This document shows, piece by piece, positions 1-10,648 of a stretch of DNA of 64,000 nucleotides. Location: positions 2,944,001-3,008,000 of the forward strand of contig CAVXGK010000002.1 of NCBI GenBank assembly GCA_963761305.1, given 5' to 3'. The notes under the pieces were generated by a model. It did not search any database, had not been told where the DNA came from, and saw only the letters and a program-made list of their open reading frames with translations. The translations under genes were made by a program, and so were the position numbers. How positions within the stretch are numbered: the stretch's first letter is position 1; each line of letters starts with the position of its first letter. Source of the stretch: an uncultured Gemmatimonadaceae bacterium. GTDB lineage: Bacteria > Gemmatimonadota > Gemmatimonadetes > Gemmatimonadales > Gemmatimonadaceae.

Positions 1-1388
1 AGCGAATCGGGAACCGCGTCCCCCGTGAGCACCACGGGCATCACGTCGGCGAGCGGCGTTCCGGCGTATCCGCCTTCGGCGAACGCCCGGCGCCCGCCGA
101 GCAACAGGAGTCCGCCGCCCCGCACGTTCACGAAATCCGAAAGCATCGCGAGCTGGTCATGCGTGAAGAAGCTCGCTTCCACGTCGCCGATGATGATCGC
201 GCGATAGCGGAACAGATCGGCGCGCGTCTTCGGAAAGCCCGTCGCCAGATCGTTCGCGCTGTCGACGTTCAGGCGAAGGAACTTGTTGTCCGCCGTCCGC
301 TGCAACACGACGAGCTGCAGGTTGGAATCCGCTTCGACGGCCGCGCGGATGAAGCGCATCTCGGGACGCGGCGTGCCCTCGAAGTACAGCACGCGCTCGC
401 GATCGTTGCGCACGTCGACGAGCGCCTGCTGCGAATTGTTCTGCGTGACTTGCTCGCCCGGCTGGGGCGGAATGCGGAAATTGAGGGCGCGCGCACCGGG
501 ATCGTTCGCCGCGACGCTCACGCGCACGGGCGCCACGTCGCCGTCCGGCGGCAGGGTGATCGAGTCGCGCGACACGATGCGCCCGCCGTCCTCGACGACC
601 AGCGGCACTCGCTGCCCCGCGTAGCCGCGCTGGCGAATCATGATGTCCGCGACGAGCGTCCCGCCGCGCAGCACCGACGGCGACGTCTCGACGCGCTGGA
701 TTTCGATGTCCTTGTCGAATCGCTCGGCGCCGAGTCCGATCGTGAAGATCGGCACCGACTTGGCGCGCAGCGCGAGCAGCTCGTCGCCGATCGGCGCGCG
801 CGAATTGTCGGCGCCGTCGCTCAGCACGACGAGCCCGGACAACGGCACCGCGTCGAGCTCTTGCCGCGCCTGCTCGATCGCGTCGGCGACGTGCGTCTCG
901 CCGGCGTTGAAGGTCAGCGCCGACGCGCTGTCGATCCGCTGCGCGCCGGACGAAAAGCGGAACACGCGCACCTGGAATTTCTTGCGCAGCGACGCGAGCA
1001 GCACGCTGTCGGGACCGCCGAACGCATGTTCGGCCCACGCGCTGCGCGGCTGGCCGTTGCGATCGGCGATGCGCATGCTGCGTGAATCGTCGATCAGCAC
1101 GCCCACGTAGTTCCGTTGCGGCACCGCGGCCGACAGCAGGAGCATCGGGCGCATGAGACACGCGAGCAGCACGACGAGCGCCGACACGCGCAGCGCGCCA
1201 AGCACCCACCGGTCGCGGCGCGTGCTCTTCGCTCGCACGCCGGCGTAGCTCAACACAGCGGGCACGCCGATGGCGGCCGCCGCGAGCAGCAGCAGCATGA
1301 CCGAAAACGGGACGCCGAACGCCAGATTGCCGTTCGCGAACTCGTTCGGACGGTACTTGAAAAGGAACTGAAAGAGAGAGGCGAGCAA
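1..1388 (-). CDS. Membrane protein with VWA-like and GATase1-like domains (3' end runs off the window)
   Basis: Hand-translated frame absent from the ORF track: FLFKYRPNEF..., two hydrophobic helices, VLIDDSRSM (MIDAS-like), VVLSDGADN, VLYFEGTPRPE, GGGLLLLGGRRAFAEGGY. TTG start uncertain. Confidence 0.7.
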   Translation of the reverse strand, partial: MLASLFQFLFKYRPNEFANGNLAFGVPFSVMLLLLAAAAIGVPAVLSYAGVRAKSTRRDRWVLGALRVSALVVLLACLMRPMLLLSAAVPQRNYVGVLIDDSRSMRIADRNGQPRSAWAEHAFGGPDSVLLASLRKKFQVRVFRFSSGAQRIDSASALTFNAGETHVADAIEQARQELDAVPLSGLVVLSDGADNSRAPIGDELLALRAKSVPIFTIGLGAERFDKDIEIQRVETSPSVLRGGTLVADIMIRQRGYAGQRVPLVVEDGGRIVSRDSITLPPDGDVAPVRVSVAANDPGARALNFRIPPQPGEQVTQNNSQQALVDVRNDRERVLYFEGTPRPEMRFIRAAVEADSNLQLVVLQRTADNKFLRLNVDSANDLATGFPKTRADLFRYRAIIIGDVEASFFTHDQLAMLSDFVNVRGGGLLLLGGRRAFAEGGYAGTPLADVMPVVLTGDAVPDS

Positions 1389-1473
1389 TGTGACCAATCA
1401 GTGTTGCAAACAAGGTTGAGACACGCGCAGACAACCGCCAGTTCCTTCACCTGAGCAACTACATTTTCCCTAC

Positions 1474-2382
1474 ATGCGCGCCCGCTATCTCACCGCCGAC
1501 GTCTTTACCGACCACCTCTTTGGCGGCAACCAGCTCGCGGTCTTCCCCGACGCCCGGGAGATCGAACCGGGCCTCATGCCAAAGATCGCGCGGGAGTTCA
1601 ACTACTCGGAAACGACGTTCGTTCTCCCCCCTGACGACCCGAGCCATACCGCCAAGGTGCGCATCTTCACTCCCGGGGGCGAGCTGCAGTTTGCCGGCCA
1701 CCCCACAATCGGGACCGCGCACGTGCTCGCCACGATCGGCGCAGTCCGATTGACGGGGTCCGAGACCCGAATCGTGCTCGAGGAAGGCGTCGGGCCCGTT
1801 CCGGTCACCATACGGGCGACGAACGGGCGGCCGGAGTTTGCACAGCTCTCGGCGGCCAAGCTGCCGGAAGTCGGCCCACCCCCTCCGTCAAGGGAAACAC
1901 TCGCGGACATGCTCTCGTTGGCCGCGGGCGATCTGCTCGACGGGACCACGCTCCCCGAATCGGTCTCTTGCGGTACGCCGTTTCTCTTCGTTCCGCTGCG
2001 CGACCGCCGCACCGTGGGCCGGGCCCGCGTCCGAAGCGATCTCTGGGAGTCCGCGCTCACCGGCTACGTGACCGACAAGGTCTTCGTGTTCGCGATGGAT
2101 CCGGAGCACGTCGGGCACCACGTCCGCGCGCGGATGTTCGCACCCGGCATCGGCGTCCCCGAAGATCCGGCCACCGGCAGCGCCTGCGTCGCGCTCGGCG
2201 GGTATCTTGCCGCAAGAGATCCCCGGACGGACGGCACGCTTCGCTGGGTCGTCGAGCAGGGCTTCGAGATGGGGCGGCCGAGTATTCTCGAGGTCGAGGC
2301 CGACAAGAAGGCCGGCCGCACGACCGCCGCACGCGTCGGCGGCCAGACTGTCGTCGTGTGCGAAGGAGAGATGCAGCTGTGA
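1474..2382 (+). CDS. PhzF-family isomerase/epimerase
   Basis: DVFT..GGNQLAV, NYSETTF, ELQFAGHPTIG, EDPATGSA, QGFEMGRPS motifs. Confidence 0.9.
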   Translation: MRARYLTADVFTDHLFGGNQLAVFPDAREIEPGLMPKIAREFNYSETTFVLPPDDPSHTAKVRIFTPGGELQFAGHPTIGTAHVLATIGAVRLTGSETRIVLEEGVGPVPVTIRATNGRPEFAQLSAAKLPEVGPPPPSRETLADMLSLAAGDLLDGTTLPESVSCGTPFLFVPLRDRRTVGRARVRSDLWESALTGYVTDKVFVFAMDPEHVGHHVRARMFAPGIGVPEDPATGSACVALGGYLAARDPRTDGTLRWVVEQGFEMGRPSILEVEADKKAGRTTAARVGGQTVVVCEGEMQL

Positions 2383-3125
2383 CGATCGAATCGAACGGCG
2401 ACCTGACCGGGATGCGCGCCGTGGGCCGGCTGGTCGGACTCGCGCTGCTGGAGATGAAGAACGCGGTTCGGCCCGGAATGACGACCGCCCAGCTCGATGA
2501 TGTCGGCGCGGCGTTTCTTCGCCGCCACGGTGCGCGATCGGCGCCGCAGCTCACCTACGACTTCCCCGGCTTCAACTGCATCAGCGTGAACGACGAGATC
2601 GTGCACGGCGTTCCCGGCCGACGGAAAATCCTCGCGGGCGACGTCGTGAAGATCGACGTGACCGCCGAGCTCGATGGCTTGATCGCGGATTCGGCGATCA
2701 CCGTGTTGGTGCCGCCGGTCGCGTCGCGTGGACGGAAGCTCGCTCATTGCGCCAAGTCGGCCTTCGATCTCGCGCTCGCCCGGGCCGCCGCGAACCTGCG
2801 CATCTCCGAATTGGGCAGAACGGTCGAGAACGAAGTGCATCGCTGGGGTCTCTCGGTCGTTCGTGACATGACCGGTCACGGCGTCGGGCGCGCGCTGCAC
2901 GAAGAGCCGGCGGTCCCGAACTTCTATAGTCCGTTCATCCCCGGGCGCCTCGAAGAAGGCATGGTGATCGCGCTCGAGCCGATCATCAGCGAGCGGCCGA
3001 CCGCTCTCGTCGAAGCCGAGGATGGCTGGACCATTCGCACCGCCAACGGCTGCCTCGCCGCGCACCACGAGCACACGATCGTGATTCGCCAGGGCCGTGC
3101 CGAGGTGCTCACACTCGCCGCCTAG
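2379..3125 (+). CDS. map: Type I methionine aminopeptidase
   Basis: GTG start overlapping phzF stop; CISVNDEIVHGVP, KIDV, DSAIT, GHGVGRALHEEP, ALEP, AHHEHTI metal-ligand motifs. Confidence 0.92.
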   Translation: MTIESNGDLTGMRAVGRLVGLALLEMKNAVRPGMTTAQLDDVGAAFLRRHGARSAPQLTYDFPGFNCISVNDEIVHGVPGRRKILAGDVVKIDVTAELDGLIADSAITVLVPPVASRGRKLAHCAKSAFDLALARAAANLRISELGRTVENEVHRWGLSVVRDMTGHGVGRALHEEPAVPNFYSPFIPGRLEEGMVIALEPIISERPTALVEAEDGWTIRTANGCLAAHHEHTIVIRQGRAEVLTLAA

Positions 3126-3140
3126 CGGCGGTGCGTGCGG

Positions 3141-4040
3141 TCAGGCGTTGAGGCGTTCTTCCATCTCGTCGAGACTGCGGGGCCAATCCTCCTTGAGTAG
3201 TCGGGACAGGCCGCGATCCGCGAGCAATTTGCCGTCGGTCTGACAAATCGCGCAGTAGTTCGTCTCGTTGTCGGCGTAGCGAATGCGCTGAACCGGCGAA
3301 CCGCACACTGGACACGGCTCGCGATACTTGCCGTGCACCGCCATCTCCGGGCGAAACGCAGTCACCTTTTCGGGAAACTCGCCGCCCGACTCGGCGCGCA
3401 GGCGCTCGGTCCACTCGCGCAGCGTCGAAAGCGTCGCCGAGAAGAGCACCGCGATTTCGTCGTCGGACAACCGGCTCGTCAATTTCACCGGCGACATCCG
3501 CGCGCGGTGCAGCATCTCGTCCGAGTACGCGTTGCCGATGCCGCTGAAGAGTCGCGGATCGGTGAGCGCGCGCTTGACGGTGTGATTCTCCGATCGCAGC
3601 CGCGCCGCGAACGAATCGAGCGTGGCGTCGAGCACCTCGAGCCCGCCGCGATCGATCTGCGCCATCGCGTCGCGTCCGCGCACGAGCGAGAGTGATGCTC
3701 GTCGTTTCGAGCCCGCTTCGGTGAGCGTGAGCCAACCCTTGGGGAATCCGAATGCCGCGAGGTCGGTCTTCTTGTGGGCTTTCGGTCCCACCGGTTGCCA
3801 GTGCAGCCGGCCCGCGATCATGAGATGCAGGACCATGAACAGCTCGCCGTCGAACGCGAACACGATGCGCTTGCCGAGCCGGTCCACGCTCTTCACGGAC
3901 TTGCCAATGAACGCGTCGAGCCGCGGCTCGACGGTGCGCAGCAAGAACGGCGTCTGGATGAGAATCGTCTCGAGCGGCTTGCCGACGACGCGCGCCCGGA
4001 TCGCTTCGATGTAGACCGTGATGTCGGGCAGCTCGGGCAT
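3141..4040 (-). CDS. Fpg/Nei-family DNA glycosylase/AP lyase
   Basis: N-terminal MPELP, RLGK, HLMIAG, H2[12 protein letters not shown], zinc finger CPVC...CAIC. Confidence 0.9.
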   Translation of the reverse strand: MPELPDITVYIEAIRARVVGKPLETILIQTPFLLRTVEPRLDAFIGKSVKSVDRLGKRIVFAFDGELFMVLHLMIAGRLHWQPVGPKAHKKTDLAAFGFPKGWLTLTEAGSKRRASLSLVRGRDAMAQIDRGGLEVLDATLDSFAARLRSENHTVKRALTDPRLFSGIGNAYSDEMLHRARMSPVKLTSRLSDDEIAVLFSATLSTLREWTERLRAESGGEFPEKVTAFRPEMAVHGKYREPCPVCGSPVQRIRYADNETNYCAICQTDGKLLADRGLSRLLKEDWPRSLDEMEERLNA

Positions 4041-4135
4041 GGGCGAAATCTACGGTGAGACGGCGGTCGGTCTCACCGCGATCGGCGGGACGCGCACTGC
4101 GGGCAACCGTTTCCCCGGCAGCCGTGTCTGAAGGA

Positions 4136-4166
4136 TTGCTCCCCCTGAACGCCTGAGGGGAGTAGC
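4136..4166. promoter_or_regulatory. Inverted repeat upstream of PadR, candidate operator
   Basis: CTCCCC-N12-GGGGAG about 55 bp before the PadR start. Confidence 0.4.
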
Positions 4167-4217
4167 GCGAGCGCGGTTCGTCGCGCAGGATTCCGACAAC
4201 CACTCTCCGGGACCCAC

Positions 4218-4550
4218 GTGGCGACCACCGATCTCGATCTGCTTCAAGGCACGCTCGACCTGTTGATCCTCAAAGCCCTCACGTGGGGCGCGAGGCACGG
4301 ATACTCGATCGCCTGGTGGATCCGCGAGACCACGCACCAGCGGCTGCAGATCGAAGACGGCGCGCTCTACACCGCGCTCCATCGCATGGAGAAGCGCCGG
4401 TGGATCGAAGCCGAGTGGGGTGTCTCCGACAACAACCGCAAAGCGAAGTACTACCAGCTCACGACGCAGGGCCGGCGACAGCTGCGCAGCAAGACCGCGG
4501 TCTGGACGGAGTACGCGACCGCGGTCTTTCAGGTCCTTCGAACGGTCTGA
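4218..4550 (+). CDS. PadR-family regulator (acidobacterial type, ADOP-associated)
   Basis: LLQGTLDLLIL, HGYSIA, GALYTALHRME, WGVSDNNRKAKYY. Confidence 0.92.
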   Translation: MATTDLDLLQGTLDLLILKALTWGARHGYSIAWWIRETTHQRLQIEDGALYTALHRMEKRRWIEAEWGVSDNNRKAKYYQLTTQGRRQLRSKTAVWTEYATAVFQVLRTV

Positions 4551-4556
4551 CGCTCC

Positions 4557-7280
4557 ATGACTCGCCGATTCCCCGGATTGAAACGGCTGCTGCGCATCGA
4601 TCGCGGACGCGCGACGGTCGATCGCGCCGTCGACGACGAGCTGCGATTCCACTTCGAGATGACGATGACGGAGCTCATGGCCAGCGGCATGACACCGGAC
4701 GACGCGCGCCGCGAAACGGAGCGGCGCTTTGGCGACTTGCAGCGCACGCGCAAACGCCTGGCGACGATCGACCGCGGCCGCGTCGAACAGGAGCGGCGCG
4801 CCGAGTGGTGGAGCGGATTCGCGCAGGATTTCCGATACGCGCTGCGCGGGCTGCGACTCAAACCGTGGTTCGCCGTCGCCGTGATCCTCACGCTCGGACT
4901 CGGCATCGGCGCCAACGCGGCGATGTTCGGCATCGTCGATCGCCTGCTGTTCCGGCCGCCGGCCTTCCTCAACGCGCCCGATCGCACGGCGCGCTTCTAT
5001 CTGGCTCGCTCGTTTCGCGGCGTCGAGAACTTCGGCAGCTACACCGGATATCGTCGCTATCTCGACCTGCGCGAGGGCACGACGTCGTTCGACGCGATGA
5101 CGCCGTACTACACAAACGATCTCGCCGTCGGAATGGGCGACGCGACCAAGGAAATGCGAGTCGCGGTGAGCGGCGCCGACTTCTGGAAGATGTTCGACAT
5201 CAAGCCGGTGCTCGGCCGCTTCTTCTCGGATGCCGAGGACGTGCCACCGGTCGGGACGCGCGTCGCCGTGCTGTCATTCGCGTACTGGCAAACACAATAC
5301 GCAGGACGCAGTGACGTGCTCGGTTCGCCGATGGACATCGGACCGGCACGGTACACGATCATCGGCGTGGCGCCCGAGGGCTTCAACGGATTCGAGACCG
5401 ATCCGGTCGTCGCATTCCTTCCGATGGCGGCCGAGAACGGGGCGGCGTCGCGCGGGAATACGAAGAATCCGTGGTACAGCACCTACAACATGACGTGGTT
5501 CGAGGTGTTCGCACGCCGCAAGCCAGCGGTCAGCGCGCAGGCGGCCACGACGGATCTGACGCGCGCGTACCAGCAGAGCTACAAGAAGCAGCTCGCGGTG
5601 AATCCCGGGACGACGGCGTTCGACATCGCCAAGCCATACGCGATCGTCGGCCCCCTGCTGCGTGACCGCGGACCAAACGAGGGCAGCGACGCAAAGGTTG
5701 CCAGCTGGCTGATCGGCGTGGCGGCGATGGTGCTGCTCATCGCGTGCGCGAACGTCGCGAACCTCTTGCTCGCCCGCGCGCTCAGGCGCCGACGAGAGAT
5801 CGCGGTCCGGATCGCCCTCGGCGTGAGCCGAAGCCGGCTGTTGATGCAGCTGCTCACCGAGAGTCTGTTGCTCGCGGCACTCGGCGGCGTGACCGGCCTT
5901 GCGATCGCGCAGTGGGGCGGCGCCGCGATGCGGCGTCTCCTGCTCAACGAAGCGGATTCCGGGGCGACGGCGTTCACCGATCCGAGGCTGATCGGCCTCG
6001 CCGCCGCACTGGCGATTCTCGCCGGGCTCCTGACCGGGCTGGCGCCTGCCTTCCAGACGGGACGCGGTGACGTGGCGGCGGCACTCAAGGCGGGTGCGCG
6101 AGAGGGCGTCGTGCATCGGTCGCGCCTGCGCGCGGCGCTGCTCATCGCGCAGGCGGCGATTTCCGTGGTGTTGTTGATCGGCGCCGGACTGTTCCTGCGC
6201 AGCCTCTCGAACGTCGAGAACGTTCGCATGGGTTACGACGCCGACCGTCTGCTGTGGGTGGACCTGCGCGCTCGCGGCGTGACGCGCGATTCGGCGCAGA
6301 ACCTCGCGCTGCGTCGCGAGCTGCTGGCGCGTGCGCAGTCGCTGCCCGACGTCGAGCGCGCATCGCGCGCGCTCACGGTGCCGTTCTGGTCGACGTGGGA
6401 GTACGAGCTATTCGTTCAAGGCATCGACTCGGTTTCCCGGCTCGGCGACTTCACGATGCAAGGGGCCACACCCGGGTTCTTCGCCACCATGGGTACGCGC
6501 CTGCTGCAAGGCCGCGCGTTCACCGACGCGGACGGTGCGAACGCGCCACACGTGATGGTCGTCGGACAGTCGATGGCGAAGAAGCTCTGGCCCGGCGAGA
6601 GTGCGCTCGGCAAGTGCGTTCGCATCAACGCCGACACCGTGCCGTGTACAACGGTCATCGGTATCGCCGAGGACGTGCGCCGCGGGAGCATCGCTGAAAC
6701 GGAGATGCACTATTACATGCCGATCGACCAGTTCCAGCCGGCGAACGGTGGACTGTTCATTCGCACGCGCGGCATCGCGGCCGGAAAATCGGAGGCGATC
6801 CGTCGTGCGCTCCAGCCGCTCATGGAAGGCGGATCGTACGTGACCGTGACGCCGATGACGACGATCATCGCCCCGGAGATCCGATCGTGGAAGCTCGGCG
6901 CACTGATGTTCTCGATCTTCGGCGCGCTCGCGTTGGTGCTCGCGGCGATCGGGCTCTACAGCGTCATCGCGTACAACGTGACGCAGCGGACGCACGAGAT
7001 GGGCGTCCGCGTCGCGCTCGGCGCGCAAGCGCGAGACGTGATCCAGCTGATCGTCAGCGAGGGATTGCGAATCGTTGTGCCGGGGGTGGCCCTCGGCGCG
7101 GTCATCGCGCTCGTCGCCGGGAAGTGGATCGCGCCGCTGCTGTTTCAAGTGTCGCCGAAAGATCCACCCGTGCTGGTCGGCGTCGTGACGATCTTGCTCG
7201 CGGTGGCGATCGCCGCCAGCTGGTTGCCGGCGCGGCGCGCGGCGCGCGTCGATCCGAACGAGGCGTTGAGAGCGGACTGA
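4557..7280 (+). CDS. ADOP-family duplicated ABC permease (MacB/FtsX-like)
   Basis: DDELRFH prefix domain, TLGLGIGANAAMF, LLIACANVANLLLAR, C-terminal RVDPNEALRAD. Confidence 0.92.
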   Translation: MTRRFPGLKRLLRIDRGRATVDRAVDDELRFHFEMTMTELMASGMTPDDARRETERRFGDLQRTRKRLATIDRGRVEQERRAEWWSGFAQDFRYALRGLRLKPWFAVAVILTLGLGIGANAAMFGIVDRLLFRPPAFLNAPDRTARFYLARSFRGVENFGSYTGYRRYLDLREGTTSFDAMTPYYTNDLAVGMGDATKEMRVAVSGADFWKMFDIKPVLGRFFSDAEDVPPVGTRVAVLSFAYWQTQYAGRSDVLGSPMDIGPARYTIIGVAPEGFNGFETDPVVAFLPMAAENGAASRGNTKNPWYSTYNMTWFEVFARRKPAVSAQAATTDLTRAYQQSYKKQLAVNPGTTAFDIAKPYAIVGPLLRDRGPNEGSDAKVASWLIGVAAMVLLIACANVANLLLARALRRRREIAVRIALGVSRSRLLMQLLTESLLLAALGGVTGLAIAQWGGAAMRRLLLNEADSGATAFTDPRLIGLAAALAILAGLLTGLAPAFQTGRGDVAAALKAGAREGVVHRSRLRAALLIAQAAISVVLLIGAGLFLRSLSNVENVRMGYDADRLLWVDLRARGVTRDSAQNLALRRELLARAQSLPDVERASRALTVPFWSTWEYELFVQGIDSVSRLGDFTMQGATPGFFATMGTRLLQGRAFTDADGANAPHVMVVGQSMAKKLWPGESALGKCVRINADTVPCTTVIGIAEDVRRGSIAETEMHYYMPIDQFQPANGGLFIRTRGIAAGKSEAIRRALQPLMEGGSYVTVTPMTTIIAPEIRSWKLGALMFSIFGALALVLAAIGLYSVIAYNVTQRTHEMGVRVALGAQARDVIQLIVSEGLRIVVPGVALGAVIALVAGKWIAPLLFQVSPKDPPVLVGVVTILLAVAIAASWLPARRAARVDPNEALRAD

Positions 7281-7307
7281 GCGCCCGCTCTCGACGCCGT
7301 CCGTCGC

Positions 7308-7586
7308 CTAGCGGCGCGCTTCCCAACCCTTCTTCGCGGAGCGGCTGCGCTCGGCGCTCGACGCGTTCGAGCTGGCTTTGAGCCCGCCGCGGCGCGACGG
7401 CTCCGAGATCTCGGCGCGTCCGCGGGCCGTGCCCGACTTCTTGGCGCTCGGCACGATGTTCACGCTCCCTGACGCGCGACGCGCGGACTCTCTCGATGAG
7501 GCGCCGCGTCCTTCGTCGCCGCGCGGGGCGTGCTCGGCATGGCGTTTCTGCTTGCTCGTGTCTGAACTCTTGCTGCTTCGTGCCAT
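7308..7586 (-). CDS. Small basic hydrophilic protein (resembles the so-called 'plasmid stabilization' stress-protein family)
   Basis: AGGAGG RBS; MARSSKSSDTSKQKRHAEH...SRRGG...RSRSAKKGWEARR. Confidence 0.6.
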   Translation of the reverse strand: MARSSKSSDTSKQKRHAEHAPRGDEGRGASSRESARRASGSVNIVPSAKKSGTARGRAEISEPSRRGGLKASSNASSAERSRSAKKGWEARR

Positions 7587-7758
7587 CGTGTCCTCCTGAT
7601 TCCGTCCGAAAATTGGCGAGCGGTGATCGATTGTCCTGACGTCGCACGCGTCGTGCCGCCCGCGTCGCAACGCGGCGATTCGCTTGCCGGCCATTGACGC
7701 TGCGTCGCACGCCGCGGAGCTTCATCGAGCCTCGTCAACACGCAATGGAGAGCAGTCG

Positions 7759-10641
7759 ATGTTGTCCGTGATTCTCACCGCGGCTCTGCTGCAGGCCGCG
7801 AGCACGCCCGATTCGAGCGGGATCCGCAATCCCACGTACGCGCGCGACGGCCGCCTCGCCGTGAGCGTGGCCGGTGACATCTGGATCGTGTCGAAGTCGG
7901 GCGCATGGTCGCGTGTGACGTCGGGGCCGGCGTGGGACCGCGAGCCGGCGTGGACGCCTGACGGCGCGGCCATCGTGTTTTCATCCGATCGATCGGGCAC
8001 GTTCAGTCTGTGGCGTGTCGAGGTGCGCGGGGAGCAAGGCGCCACCGAGCCCGCACCGGAGCGCCTGACGTCGTCATCGCTGCCCGACGCCGAGCCGACC
8101 GTGTTGCGCGACGGCCGGGTCGTGTTCGTGCGCGGACGGTTGGGCGCGGCTCGCCTTTGGATTCGCTCGACGGCCGGTGCCGAGTCGCGTCTCACGAAGG
8201 ACGACGCGTCCGAAGAATGGCCGGTGGCGTCGCCGGACGGTTCGCGCATCGCCTACGTGTCGATCGCGTCCGGATCGAGAAAACTGCAAGTCCGCAACGC
8301 CGACAACGGACAGGACAGCACCGTGCTGACCGACGCGCGCGTCGAGCACCCGGCGTGGTCGCCGTCCGGCGATCGTCTCACGTGGACGGCGACCGGCGCG
8401 CGCGGCGCCGTGTACGTGTCGCCGCTCGACGGGCGCTACGTGAACGTCGCGAGCGCGCGCCACGCCGAGTCGGCGTGGAATCCCGACGGAAAGACGATCA
8501 CGCTCGCCGATCTGCCTCCTTCGGAGCCGATCGCGCCGGTCGCCTACAACGGAGACCCCGACCGCACCGGCGATCGCGAAGCGAACCTGCTGGCGTCGGC
8601 CGGCGGACGTATGTGGACCGTGTCGGCGCCGGTTCCACCGGACGTCGAGCTGGTGCAGCAGCAGGGTTCACCGGCGCTCGATCGCGCCGCGCGCAACGCC
8701 GACGCGTTCGACCAGCTGTGGGATCGCACGGCGGCGTTGTACTACTCGTCTGCCGACGCGGCGCCGCGCCGCGCCCAGTGGGAATCGCTGAAATCCAAAT
8801 ACCGTCCGCGCGCGATCGCCGCCAAGAACGATGACGAGCTCGCGTTGGTGCTGCACGACCTCGTTCGCGAGCATCCGCCGTATCGTCAGTCGGCGACCGG
8901 ACGCGCCGCGGTGTCGAGCGCGCATCCCGTCGCCACCGCCGCCGGACTCGAGATGCTCGCCAAAGGCGGCAACGTGGTCGACGCCGCCGTCGCGGTGTCG
9001 TTCGCGCTCGGCGTCGTCGAACCCGACGCGAGCGGTCCGGGCGGATACGGACAGCTGCTCGTCTTCACGCAAGGGCTCGACCGTCCGCAGCTGATCGAAT
9101 TCATGTCGCGTGTGCCGGAGGACGCTGGGCTCAACAACACGTCGCTGCTCACGAACGGCCGATTGCCGGACGGCGGACCGGTGTTGGCGAACGTGCCGGG
9201 AACCGTCGCTGCGATGTATCTCGCGTGGCAGAAGTTCGGCAGCAAGAAGCTTCCGTGGTCCGACCTGCTTCAGCCGGCGATCCGCGCCGCGCGCGACGGC
9301 TACGTCGTGAGCGAAGGTCTCGCGACGACGCTGGCGACCGAACGCGACCAGTTCCTCAAGTATGACGCGAGCCGCGCGTTGTTCTTCCGCGACGGCGAGC
9401 CGGTGCACGCGGGCGACACGATCAAGAATCCCGATCTCGCGTGGACGCTCGATCAGATCGCGCGCGGCGGCGCCGACGCGTTCTACAAGGGCGACGTCGC
9501 GATGAAGATGGTCGCCGACCTTCGCGCGCACGGCAACGCGATGAAGGCGAGCGATCTCGCGCGCTACTTCGCCGCCGAGCGCGATCCGGTCTCGAGCACG
9601 TATCGCGGCTACACGCTGTTCTCCACTGCTCCGCCGGTCGCCGGCGGAGCGGAGCTCGCCGCGAAGCTCAACTCGCTCGAAGCATTCGGAGCGCTGCAGC
9701 CGTATCCCGACGACGCGACTTCCCTGCACGCCATGATCGCGGCGTGGCAGCTCGTGCCGTCCACGCGCAACCGCATCGCCGACCCCGGCATCTGGTCGAC
9801 GAACGTCGAGCCGTTCACCGACAAGGACACGGCACGCGCGCGCTGGCGCTGCTTCGAGCGCGACAAGGCGATCAGTCTCGCGACGTTGCGCGGCGACACG
9901 CTTCGCTGCGGCGACGCCGCCAAGACGGCGAGCGTCGAGCTGGCGCGTCCGCCGGAGTGCATCGCGCACGGATACGACGCCAACCAGGCCGCGTCGTGCC
10001 GTTCAGCGGGAACGACGGCGTTCGTCGTCGCCGACGCGGCGGGCAACGTCGTCGCGGCGACGCAAACGCTCGGCACCTGGGGCGGCGGGTTCTACGTGTC
10101 ACCCGGATTGGGATTCTTATATAACGACAAACTGGCGTCGTACGGAACCGACCCGGGCGGTTACGGGTCGCGGGTTCCGTACGCGCGCCACGGCAGCACG
10201 ATCGCGCCGACGATCGTGTTCGAGGGCAGCGGCAAGTCGCGCCACACGGTGATGGCCGTCGGCGCCGCGGGCAACGCGTGGATCACGTCGGCCGTGTACG
10301 AAACGCTCATCGGCATGATGGATCAACACCTCGGTCCGCAAGCCGCGCTCGAGCTGCCGCGGTTCCTCGTCGGCGGCGGATTCGGCGGAGGAGGAGGCCG
10401 CGGCGGCGGGCGAGGCGGAGCCGCCGCCCAACCGGCGCCGAGCGGGGCGACGATCGAGCTCGAGGACGGATTCTCGCCCGAGGTGATGAAGCGGCTCGGG
10501 GAGCTCGGATACCGCACGCAGCTCGTGTCGCTGCCTGGCGAGCTGCGCGAAGGCTACGGCGCCGCGTTGCGCATCGATGGCGGACGCGTGACCGCCGGCG
10601 CCGATCCTCGCCGAGCGGGCGCCGCCGGCGCGATTCCGTAG
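7759..10641 (+). CDS. Secreted fusion: TolB/PD40 beta-propeller + gamma-glutamyltransferase-family Ntn hydrolase
   Basis: Signal peptide; PD40 repeats (PAWTPDG, PVASPDG, PAWSPSG, SAWNPDG); GGNVVDAAVA, VVEPDASGPGG, VPGTVA, GTTAFVVADAAGN, GADPRR. Confidence 0.85.
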   Translation: MLSVILTAALLQAASTPDSSGIRNPTYARDGRLAVSVAGDIWIVSKSGAWSRVTSGPAWDREPAWTPDGAAIVFSSDRSGTFSLWRVEVRGEQGATEPAPERLTSSSLPDAEPTVLRDGRVVFVRGRLGAARLWIRSTAGAESRLTKDDASEEWPVASPDGSRIAYVSIASGSRKLQVRNADNGQDSTVLTDARVEHPAWSPSGDRLTWTATGARGAVYVSPLDGRYVNVASARHAESAWNPDGKTITLADLPPSEPIAPVAYNGDPDRTGDREANLLASAGGRMWTVSAPVPPDVELVQQQGSPALDRAARNADAFDQLWDRTAALYYSSADAAPRRAQWESLKSKYRPRAIAAKNDDELALVLHDLVREHPPYRQSATGRAAVSSAHPVATAAGLEMLAKGGNVVDAAVAVSFALGVVEPDASGPGGYGQLLVFTQGLDRPQLIEFMSRVPEDAGLNNTSLLTNGRLPDGGPVLANVPGTVAAMYLAWQKFGSKKLPWSDLLQPAIRAARDGYVVSEGLATTLATERDQFLKYDASRALFFRDGEPVHAGDTIKNPDLAWTLDQIARGGADAFYKGDVAMKMVADLRAHGNAMKASDLARYFAAERDPVSSTYRGYTLFSTAPPVAGGAELAAKLNSLEAFGALQPYPDDATSLHAMIAAWQLVPSTRNRIADPGIWSTNVEPFTDKDTARARWRCFERDKAISLATLRGDTLRCGDAAKTASVELARPPECIAHGYDANQAASCRSAGTTAFVVADAAGNVVAATQTLGTWGGGFYVSPGLGFLYNDKLASYGTDPGGYGSRVPYARHGSTIAPTIVFEGSGKSRHTVMAVGAAGNAWITSAVYETLIGMMDQHLGPQAALELPRFLVGGGFGGGGGRGGGRGGAAAQPAPSGATIELEDGFSPEVMKRLGELGYRTQLVSLPGELREGYGAALRIDGGRVTAGADPRRAGAAGAIP

Positions 10642-10648
10642 CGGCGAG

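Noticed and set aside
157..1434. 425-aa minus-strand ORF from the track
   Set aside because: Arg-rich shadow frame; the real protein is in another minus frame that runs off the window.
7308..7586. Evidence of a plasmid or mobile element from the 'plasmid stabilization'-like protein
   Set aside because: The label is unreliable for this small basic family, and there is no integrase, transposase or replication gene in the window.
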